Part shown: piece after piece, positions 8,701-16,926 of the stretch
Position numbering within the stretch: position 1 is the stretch's first letter
Layout of the letters: every line of letters begins with the position of its first letter
Origin: an uncultured Flavobacteriales bacterium
Lineage (GTDB): Bacteria; Bacteroidota; Bacteroidia; AKYH767-A; 2013-40CM-41-45
Direction of reading: 5' to 3'
Assembly (NCBI GenBank): GCA_964595205.1
Contig: CAZQOQ010000036.1
Span: forward strand, 242,553-306,552
DNA length: 64,000 nucleotides
The notes under the pieces: generated by a model
What the model was told of the DNA's origin: nothing
Databases searched by the model: none
The model's input: only the letters and a program-made list of their open reading frames with translations
Program-made: the position numbers and the translations under genes

Positions 8701-11098
8701 CCCTGTATATAACCTGATCGGTACCTGTATACCCCGAGTCGGGAGTATACACAATATTTCCTGCTCCGTTAATGCCTGCAGTACCATTGGCAGGATTCGA
8801 AACGATATCGATGCTCAATGGAAGGCTCTGCGGATCCGTATCATTTGATCTTATGTTGCTGGTGATGGCAGTATTCTTTCCGGTTGATATTGCGTCGTCG
8901 ATGGCGATTGGAACTGCTGAGGTGCAATACCTGTGAATTGCGCGCATCGCATCAAGATTTATCTTGTTCGAACATCCACCTGGCCGGATTACAATTTTTA
9001 CGTATTGTGTAGGTGACGAAACGATTAAATTATAATAATTAAAAATGTCAGCTGTTCCTCCAGGAATTGTAAAATCAGAACTGTTCACACCCGGAATAAA
9101 TCCTCCGGCTGTGAGTGAACCGGAAGCGGTGAGGTCTATACACGTAGCGTTATCATCGGCCATGCGAATCCGGATTGTATCACCAGCGCCTATGGCCGAG
9201 CTTAGACGTACGATGATCGAATCGTTGTCGTTGTTAAATTGTGCGGTATTGGCATTTGATCCATTGGATGCATCAAAATCCCCAATTGCCTCATCGGGAG
9301 TCGTGATGCTGTTTTGATATTGAATGCTATCGATGTATACAGTATCGATACGGTAATATTCGCTCAACGTACAAATGCCATTATCGGGTGTCGTAATTAC
9401 AATTGTTGCCTGTGAACATAACGGCGTGTTGTCGCATACCTGGTAACGCATGGTGTCGATTCCCTGGAATAACCAGCCAGGCGTATAAGTAACACTTCCA
9501 TTTCCGTTATTTGTGAACGTCCCGTGATTGCCGCCTCCGATGAAGGAAATGGAATTGACCATGTTGCCGTTCGGATCCGAGTCGTTGGATAATACATTTA
9601 TGGTTCTGCTGGATGTATTACAAAGATTCGTGTACCGGATCGTGTCATTCACAGCTACCGGAGCCGAAGAAGGAGGGAAGATGGAAACGCTTACAGGGTT
9701 AATTGTACTTCTGCCGCATGCATCTGTAATTTTACAGTAGATGAAAGCAGGAGTTTGCGAGACCACTACAGGAGGAGTGTAATTTGTTGTAGCCGAATTA
9801 ACGGCTGAAAATGTTCCCCCGATCGTGGAATACCATTTATAGGTAAACGATGAAAGCCCTACCGGAGAAGAGGGTGTTGCTGTAAGATTATTATAAAGCA
9901 CTCCGCTGTTCATCAGTGATGGAACGTTTGCATAAGAAACACCGGGCGATTTATCGGGCGCAACTATCAAAGCATAATTGAAAAATTCCCTTTGTGCCGA
10001 AACCTCCTCGGCGTTGTTGCCTCCGATATCATGGCCTCCCTGGTACATGACATAACCCCGGGCAGGGTTGTCAAAACCCCGACCATATAATGTCGCTGCT
10101 GCAGGCCCGTTCGATTTACCCGGTATGTCATGATGCGTAGGATCGTAACAAGAGATTTTCACTCCCGGATACCAGTCGCTTCCCGGTTTTGAGGGAAGAA
10201 ATAATTCATCATGGCCTTTATGTGCATCATCCTCCGGCCCAATCATCTGAAATACCGGATCGGAAACGTTCATGTAGCTGTATGGTGGAGTGCCTTTCTT
10301 TGCAGATTTGAGTAAGCCGCCGGTACTCAGGAACCTGAGACTTTGAGAGGGATTCGAATGATTGAAACCCTTATCTCCTTCCATATTACCCGCAGTCTTC
10401 CCTCCGGCCCAGATACTCCCTCTTGAATTCAGGTTCCAGAAAAACAGATTCTGATGCGAATTCCATTTGGCATCTGAATGCGGCGACATAAATAAATCAT
10501 CGCAGCTGTTAAGCATGGCCGGAGTACGATAGTAATAAGCAGTAGAAGGAATATCTGCTTCGTCGAGAATTTTTTTACTCCGATTTGCGTCATGCGGATC
10601 GATAGCCCACTTTGGAGCTGATCCCAGCGTCAGCGTTACATCTAAACTTATCGGGTATATGGTCGTTACTCCAATAACTCCTTTAGCCTGCCAGGATGCG
10701 ATGAGAGCATTCACGGCTGCTGTCCGGAATTCAGCATGTATGATGAATGTACCTCCCCTGTAATTCTGGCCATTGTAAGTGAAATCAATCCCGTCTTTTA
10801 TCTTCGATGGATTGATTACCCATTTGACAGGTACATCATAATTCTTGATTAATTCATAAATTAAACCATAAGGCTTGAGTCCGTTGGAAGGCGTCTGCGG
10901 AGCAATACCCATATTGATAATGAATGACCCGGTGCCGAAAGTCTCATTTGCTGCAAAGCCTGTATGCCTGGTTAGTACCAGCACGATTAAACAAACTATA
11001 ACTCTTTTCGCTAAACTGAAATTAGAAAATAGCGGAAAGGAGAGACGTCGTTGTTTTAATTGAACAAATAAAGAAGCAACCGTGCTATTAATATTCAT
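2711..11098 (-). CDS. Giant T9SS (type-B CTD) cell-surface adhesin, SprB-like: unassigned N-terminal ~450-aa domain, >20 Ig/cadherin-like ~100-aa repeats, 3 SprB repeats, gliding-motility-associated C-terminal domain
   Basis: This is a single 2,795-aa ORF. The C-terminal ~100 aa ([45 protein letters not shown]...GTYFYIL) match the gliding-motility C-terminal (type-B T9SS sorting) domain. SprB repeats of the form [15 protein letters not shown]...YSWNTG...[14 protein letters not shown] occur three times. Tandem VNDAPV...TDPDG...YTYTP...NGxDT units (tandem-95 / VCBS-like) are present. Confidence 0.9.
   Translation of the reverse strand: [2795 protein letters not shown]
4600..6450. repeat. Intragenic tandem DNA repeats, about 300-bp period and 6 or more copies (encoding ~100-aa Ig-like units of the adhesin)
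   Basis: Near-identical blocks recur about every 300 nt (for example around 4640, 4930, 5230, 5530, 5830 and 6130: '...cgtttac(c/g)g...attcac(g/t)gtaat...'). The antisense ORFs 5364-5657 and 5682-5951 have parallel translations, which shows the periodicity. Confidence 0.65.
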
Positions 11099-11439
11099 TA
11101 TTCTTACCCTCGCCGATTTAAATAATTGCTTATCCTGAACCGGACATTGATAGAATCTATATACTATATATAAATGAAAACGATACCTTCCCGAATTGCA
11201 ATTTGCCCGGGGAACTTACACTTTATTATTACCGGAATTTCAGGAGTCGTTTTGACTTAATGACAGTAAAAACGACATTTTTAGCCGTAACAGGCATTCC
11301 CCACATTGGGAAATTCCTTGAAATTATTCTCAATGTTGCGCATGGTTGTGCATCGTATTTTGTTTTATTCCTTACGATTTTTTTTGTAAGTTTCTCTATC
11401 GCCAAATGATTATGTAAATTGGCTTTCAAACAAGTAAAA
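11099..11439. promoter_or_regulatory. Divergent intergenic/promoter region between the adhesin operon (-) and the metalloprotease gene (+)
   Basis: A 340-bp AT-rich non-coding gap between two divergently oriented start codons. No promoter motifs were individually verified. Confidence 0.4.
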
Positions 11440-13893
11440 ATGTCCAGATTTCTATCATTTTTGATTTTTATTTTCACCTGTATAATTGCTTCCGGGCAAC
11501 AAAAAAACATACCTGATTTATCTGAATTACAAGAAGCAGATATCAGGACATTCAGAATCAAATCAACATTTAATGATCCTGCAAACGCAGGCATGCATGT
11601 CGAATACCCTCTCCAGGATTATTATCACAAGCCATTTCTTTCTGCTCCTGCTTTCACAAACTCTTTAATCGCTGACGTAACGCCTCCATCGGATCCCTCA
11701 AACTTTGTTGTCCATACATCAGGCACCTTCAGCGTATATGTAGAATTCGACCCGTCAGCTGATCCGGAATCGGGAATCAGCTATTACGCATTTGCCATCG
11801 GCACAGCTCCGGGGCTGACAAATATCAGGTATTGGCAGAGTCTTGGTACCAGCACGACCACCCAGTCATTCAGCCTCAGTAGCCTGGGAATCACGGAAGG
11901 TTCAGTATTTTATTTTTCATTCTATGCGGTGAACGGAGCAAATCTATTAAGCAATACAGTGAGTACTCCGCCAATTACCATGAACTGGGAGGATTACGGG
12001 GACGCATCAAATAATCTTACAATCATATACTCTGGTCAGGGTTACGATACTGACGGCACAACGCCAATCGCCGGCTGGACCCCGTCACAGATAAATACCT
12101 TCGATCATTTTATTTCAAGGATGCTGCCCATTATTAAGGATATTTACGGACCGCCGTCAAAACCTAATACCATTACACTCGTGAGAAATCTTTATTACAG
12201 TGGTTCTAATATATATTTTCCAAACTCAAACCAGATTCATAAGGATGATTCATTCTATCCGCAACTGCTCACTCACGAACTCATTCATGCCTTTCGTGAT
12301 GATGTGATTCTCGCAATGGATGCCAGCTGGAATTACCATCCAAAACTCAGCGGGTTTGAAGAATCGTTTGCTCAGGGGGCAAGTTATGCCTGCATGAACA
12401 GATATGTACAACTTTATCCGAACGATCCGATCGTAAATTCAACCTCACTCTTCGGTTCTTCCATGGACTGGGACTATGACTTCAGAAATGTATCAAACAT
12501 CACTACTGAAGATTTCTGGAGCGACTATGGCGGCATGCTCATCTATTGGGAGCGGTATGAATTAGGTGCAGCTGCCATGAGAAAGATGCAGCTCGAGGAT
12601 ACGATGATGTACAGGAAATTCAATATTGCTTATTACAATTATCTGAACAGTCATCACCAGGCAACTCCGACACGAAGTCTTTGTGTGGATCTGCTTTCTT
12701 CCATTCTTCCTGTTGTAGAAGGAATACCGACGACTGACTGGATTAATAAGCAGCGGATTTTTGATTGCACCATTCAACCCGGGTATAAAGGATGGGTAAG
12801 GACGCAGCATTATCCATGGTCAGAATATATAATCTTCCAGCGGCTGCATTATTATGAAACTTTTTCCAATGGAAGTGATTGGGCCCATTATAACAACAAT
12901 ACAAGTTCCTGGATATTTTATAATCTGAACGGCAGTACCGGAGCGGGAACTGTTTATGATTACAACAATTCAATTGTTTCACAGAGGAATTTAATCATTT
13001 CAAATAATCCCGGCGGATTTGGAGATCAGGTTTTGAATTTCAGCACCGATAATGATGTGTTGCCATGGCCCGGAGGAAATGCCTCAGATTATCTGCTTAG
13101 TATGAATCTGCTTGGTCTCTACAAGCTTCAATTCACTTTCGGCAGCACGTCAACAATTGCATATCGTGTGATGGGAAATCAATTAAGAAATACGACCGGG
13201 GTTTTTGGCGGCATACTACACGCAAACGGCGGGCATCTCTTTATAGATCATGATGGATTTCCGCTCGAACCACAACTCAATCTGACAAACGGAGCATTCT
13301 GGGGAAGCCGTTCCTGGGCCTCTCTGCCGAACATACTAACAGGCGGCAAAGATTCCAGGCCCGGTAAACTTACATTTCGGTATTTTGATGCATCCGGAAA
13401 TGCATTTCGTACGAAGCGGAATATCGATTACGGAAGTTCTTCGGGAAATCAGCTTTTCCTGCTTGATGTAAACGAAATGATCCCCTGTGACAATGGCGAA
13501 ATTTTTTCAAACGAAACCGATGATGATTGTGACGGACTCGTTGATGAGCCTTCTCCGGTTACCCTCAATTTAAAATTGTTTATCGAAGGCCTTTATCTTT
13601 CAGGCGGTATGATGACTCCCGCCTTGTTCAATTCCGGCGTCAGCATTGATCAGACAAAGTGTGATTCGATAGTTATTGAGCTGCATGGATCGGAAGTGCC
13701 ACATTCGCTTTTATTCAGTACAAAAGGAATTATTGATATTAATGGAAATGGAAGTTTTGTGTTTCCACAGGCAACTAACAACAATTCTTATTATATCGTG
13801 ATTCGACATCGCAATTCAATAGAAACCTGGAGTGCGATGGATGTTTTGTTTGACAAGGCTGAAATCAATTATAATTTTTCGGGATTTAATTGA
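11440..13893 (+). CDS. Secreted zinc metalloprotease-like protein (HExxH) with N-terminal FN3-like region and cysteine-containing C-terminal domain
   Basis: The ATG at 11440 gives MSRFLSFLIFIFTCIIASGQQ, a signal peptide (the ORF-track start at 11419 is a TTG). The zinc motif is LLTHELIHAFRDD. The C-terminal DCDGLVDE...CDSIVIELHG domain has no assigned family. The protein is 817-824 aa. Confidence 0.55.
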   Translation: MSRFLSFLIFIFTCIIASGQQKNIPDLSELQEADIRTFRIKSTFNDPANAGMHVEYPLQDYYHKPFLSAPAFTNSLIADVTPPSDPSNFVVHTSGTFSVYVEFDPSADPESGISYYAFAIGTAPGLTNIRYWQSLGTSTTTQSFSLSSLGITEGSVFYFSFYAVNGANLLSNTVSTPPITMNWEDYGDASNNLTIIYSGQGYDTDGTTPIAGWTPSQINTFDHFISRMLPIIKDIYGPPSKPNTITLVRNLYYSGSNIYFPNSNQIHKDDSFYPQLLTHELIHAFRDDVILAMDASWNYHPKLSGFEESFAQGASYACMNRYVQLYPNDPIVNSTSLFGSSMDWDYDFRNVSNITTEDFWSDYGGMLIYWERYELGAAAMRKMQLEDTMMYRKFNIAYYNYLNSHHQATPTRSLCVDLLSSILPVVEGIPTTDWINKQRIFDCTIQPGYKGWVRTQHYPWSEYIIFQRLHYYETFSNGSDWAHYNNNTSSWIFYNLNGSTGAGTVYDYNNSIVSQRNLIISNNPGGFGDQVLNFSTDNDVLPWPGGNASDYLLSMNLLGLYKLQFTFGSTSTIAYRVMGNQLRNTTGVFGGILHANGGHLFIDHDGFPLEPQLNLTNGAFWGSRSWASLPNILTGGKDSRPGKLTFRYFDASGNAFRTKRNIDYGSSSGNQLFLLDVNEMIPCDNGEIFSNETDDDCDGLVDEPSPVTLNLKLFIEGLYLSGGMMTPALFNSGVSIDQTKCDSIVIELHGSEVPHSLLFSTKGIIDINGNGSFVFPQATNNNSYYIVIRHRNSIETWSAMDVLFDKAEINYNFSGFN

Positions 13894-14071
13894 GTGCCGG
13901 GTTTTTAATTCTTCCCCCTGATTTCCACGAGATATTCCACAATTGCATCTCTAACGGAAGAATCGGCAATGGAGAAGATATTTTGCATCAGGGGTTATTG
14001 TGACGAATATCAAATAATTTTATGGAACTGCAAGTATTTGTTTGCTTCTAAACTCCGTTTTACAGATCAAC

Positions 14072-14656
14072 TCACAACTCATGGATGTTTGACGTATTTT
14101 TTTTCCCTTTTAAAGATTTATAAGAAACCGCAGCAAGTGCCACGAATAGTAAAAATTTGCCGGCGTATTCCTTAATCCGAATTCCTGATTCACTTTCCAT
14201 CGACATTGCAAATCCCCTTTCGCTGCCTGACAAATAATCTAAAAGGAAAAAGGCTGCATACCATAAAATCACCATATATAAGGCAATGTAAAAGGAGACT
14301 CTCATTTTTTTTATCCAGAACACATTCGGTAAAATTCCAAAACATATAAATGGAATCATGAATTTATACCATTGCGATCCTGTAACCATACTCAACATGA
14401 AATTAAACTCATCACTGCTGCCGGTACGCAGTGTAGCCAGTAAATTTATCGAGATAGCACCAAGAAATAGAATTCCTCCCGTTAAAATAAGTGTGTTGAT
14501 CGTAGTAGTGAGAATCTTCTGATCGGGACTTTTTAATCCTGGTTTTAGAATCTTAACAATGAGCATCAGCGGAACAAGAATTTTCGCACCAAGGAAAATG
14601 CTGTCCGACAAATAACTGAATAAACCAAGTAAAAAGGAAATCGTGCTATTGCTCAT
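14072..14656 (-). CDS. Hypothetical polytopic membrane protein
   Basis: 194 aa with 5-6 hydrophobic segments and no recognisable motif. Confidence 0.4.
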   Translation of the reverse strand: MSNSTISFLLGLFSYLSDSIFLGAKILVPLMLIVKILKPGLKSPDQKILTTTINTLILTGGILFLGAISINLLATLRTGSSDEFNFMLSMVTGSQWYKFMIPFICFGILPNVFWIKKMRVSFYIALYMVILWYAAFFLLDYLSGSERGFAMSMESESGIRIKEYAGKFLLFVALAAVSYKSLKGKKNTSNIHEL

Positions 14657-14682
14657 AAATCAACACTAATTCTACTTCGTAA

Positions 14683-15747
14683 TTATGAATTTGATATTGC
14701 ATATTTTTTACAGAACCACCTGATCATGGAGTCGAGTGAATTCAGTGAAACAGAATCTGTACTGGATTTTTGGCCAATCTCATTCATCTCGTCATGTATC
14801 AGGTTATACAGCACGGCATCCCTGTATGGCCTTTCAAGAAGTCTAACGGCCAGCTTGTATTTTTCTGCCTGAGGAATCAGCCTTACTGTTTTGCTTTGTT
14901 GAAATTCGCCCTGTTCCACCATTCTTTCATAGGTATCTTTAATATACAGATTAAGAAAACGGATGTATGCAGGACAGTTCATGGCGTCAGGATTTTGAAT
15001 GAATGTCTTCGTCTCAAAGCTAAAAAATGCCGAATCACCCCGGATGTTTTCTATCTTCATTCGTTTCTTCCAGAGATAATAGAGTTTGTCAGACCCTATT
15101 CCATAGTTGATCGTGTTTAAAACATATTTTTTAAAATCAGAATTCGTCGAATCATTTTCAAAATAATTGTAAAAAAAGTCGAGCTGTTTCTGTTTTCTGC
15201 TTTCTATGTATAACGAGAACTGATGGATATCCATAAAGTTTGAAGCGATATAATATTCATTTTTTACTTCAGGATGATAAAAAAACGAGTCCAGGAATTG
15301 TATAAGAAATGAATTGTTTCCGGAACCCGGTCCGGAAGAAGTAATCACCGGTTTGTTTTCATTTCCTTTGAAATTAATCTCGAGGCGATTACCCGGCTCC
15401 AGGAATAGATTGTTTGCGAGTATAACGTTTCCGTTTTGAATGTTAAAAACAAGCGGCCTTTGATTATGAAGGATAAAGGAATAATGTCCATCCTTGTCAG
15501 CGACTGAAGAATCCAACGCAGTCTTATTATCGATATATAGAGACATTGAGTCGGCATAAGTGCAGAAATAAATTTTCCCTCCGGAAGCATTTTCAATTCT
15601 GCCCTCAACAACAGAGGAGCCGGGACTTATCTTTTCCTTTACGTTACAGGAAAAAAGAAATGGAATTACTGCAACGGATAATATCAGAAATCTCTTAAGT
15701 AACTGCATGTTCGTTGACAATGAGGCTGCAATAATAACACTTATCAT
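14683..15747 (-). CDS. Hypothetical secreted/lipoprotein (DUF4369-like N-terminal beta-sandwich?)
   Basis: 354 aa with a signal peptide followed by FSCNVKE. No catalytic motif was recognised. Confidence 0.35.
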   Translation of the reverse strand: MISVIIAASLSTNMQLLKRFLILSVAVIPFLFSCNVKEKISPGSSVVEGRIENASGGKIYFCTYADSMSLYIDNKTALDSSVADKDGHYSFILHNQRPLVFNIQNGNVILANNLFLEPGNRLEINFKGNENKPVITSSGPGSGNNSFLIQFLDSFFYHPEVKNEYYIASNFMDIHQFSLYIESRKQKQLDFFYNYFENDSTNSDFKKYVLNTINYGIGSDKLYYLWKKRMKIENIRGDSAFFSFETKTFIQNPDAMNCPAYIRFLNLYIKDTYERMVEQGEFQQSKTVRLIPQAEKYKLAVRLLERPYRDAVLYNLIHDEMNEIGQKSSTDSVSLNSLDSMIRWFCKKYAISNS

Positions 15748-15831
15748 TTAAAAGGGGACTGTAAAAAAATTTATCATACCCGATCGCGGCTCATCCTGGA
15801 AACAGCGCCATTTCAGAGTCATAAAATAAAT

Positions 15832-15868
15832 AAACCCGTAATGATCTAAAATGAATCACCACGGGTTT
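15832..15868 (-). terminator. Putative Rho-independent terminator closing the cytochrome/FeS/NrfD operon
   Basis: An 8-bp stem aaacccgt/acgggttt with a 21-nt loop, followed on the minus strand by a U-rich tract (tttatttatttta). It sits just 3' of the last operon gene. Confidence 0.4.
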
Positions 15869-15910
15869 TGGAAAAGAAAATTGTCAAATAACAAATCGGC
15901 AGTTATTCAA

Positions 15911-16345
15911 TCATTTTGCCTTAAGGGAACGGATGTATGTAATGACAGTCCATCTTTCGTTGTCGCTTAACTTTTCTTTGTAAGACGGCATCGGTTTTCT
16001 TCCTTCAGTGGTTTTCCAGTAAGCTTCACCATCTGTTACTTTTGCAAATTCATCACCCGTAAAATCTCCGCATGAGATATCGATCTTCTCAGCCTTTGTT
16101 CCATCGCCCTTGCCTTTTACTCCATGGCAGGATTTGCAGTGTTGAGAATAGAGTTCCTTGCCTTCTTTCAATGCTGCTTCATCTGCCTTGATCGGGTTTT
16201 TGGCTTTAATGGCAGACTCAGGGGCCGGCCATGGTTTTCCTTTTGGTTTATCCTGCGCCTGGATATTATTAAGTCCAATGAACAGAAAAGCACCGAGAGC
16301 AACAATTGCAAATAGATTATTTGCATTCATTAATTTTGATTCCAT
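15911..16345 (-). CDS. Monoheme c-type cytochrome (class I)
   Basis: Signal peptide and a single CKSCHG (CxxCH) motif, with a conserved Met-rich C-terminus (PMPSY). 144 aa. A NosC-like position as the last gene of the operon. Confidence 0.8.
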   Translation of the reverse strand: MESKLMNANNLFAIVALGAFLFIGLNNIQAQDKPKGKPWPAPESAIKAKNPIKADEAALKEGKELYSQHCKSCHGVKGKGDGTKAEKIDISCGDFTGDEFAKVTDGEAYWKTTEGRKPMPSYKEKLSDNERWTVITYIRSLKAK

Positions 16346-16351
16346 GATTTC

Positions 16352-16918
16352 TTACTTTTTAGAATTATTTATTTTAATTAAATGCTTGCTTATTTTTTTA
16401 ATTTTAAATATTTGTGTTATCACATAGATTAATGTTCCCCAAATTCCAAGGATAATCAGGTTAGAGACTACAATGAAATAAATCGGAGCATTTTCTCTCG
16501 ATGCATATAATGAGCGACCCATTTCTTCTGCCTTAACCTTTGGAATTCCCCAGTTGATGTTTTCTTTTGTTTCCAGGGTGCCGTAATTCTCATCGTCTTC
16601 AATTTTAGCGATTACAGTAAGGTTCCCCTTTTCATCGCCTGGAATATCTTCAGGGAAATTAATTTTGGCGATTCCATTTTCATCAGTAGTTGCATCGTCG
16701 CCAACGGGCAACTGGCTGAAAAGTCGCTGGACATAAATTTTAACGGCCACTTCGCTTACCGGCTTTTCTTCTGAGATAACCTGTACTTTGCAAACTTTCG
16801 TACTGTCCTCCATTTCGAAACTCAAAGTCATTTTTGCCTCCTTTTCCTGCGCAAACGAAAAAAGCGAAACAAAGATAAACCCCGTAATCAGCTGGAATAT
16901 ATAATGAACGTTTTTCAT
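16352..16918 (-). CDS. Hypothetical bitopic protein (signal peptide plus C-terminal TM anchor)
   Basis: 188 aa with an N-terminal signal and a C-terminal hydrophobic helix IYFIVVSNLIILGIWGTLIYVI. It is tightly packed between the NrfD-like gene and the cytochrome c gene. Confidence 0.4.
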   Translation of the reverse strand: MKNVHYIFQLITGFIFVSLFSFAQEKEAKMTLSFEMEDSTKVCKVQVISEEKPVSEVAVKIYVQRLFSQLPVGDDATTDENGIAKINFPEDIPGDEKGNLTVIAKIEDDENYGTLETKENINWGIPKVKAEEMGRSLYASRENAPIYFIVVSNLIILGIWGTLIYVITQIFKIKKISKHLIKINNSKK

Positions 16919-16926
16919 CTAATTAT

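Noticed and set aside
3779-9740. Numerous 60-134-aa plus-strand ORFs (for example 5364-5657, 5682-5951, 8313-8717) inside the giant adhesin gene
   Set aside because: They are antisense reading frames created by the repetitive, low-stop-codon composition of the adhesin repeats. Their translations are low-complexity (Ser/Val/Thr-rich) and mirror the repeat periodicity. They are not independent genes.
11419-11439. ORF-track starts at TTG codons (11419, 54672) reported as Met
   Set aside because: Downstream ATGs (11440, 54693) give canonical signal peptide or TM starts, so the ATG starts were preferred.
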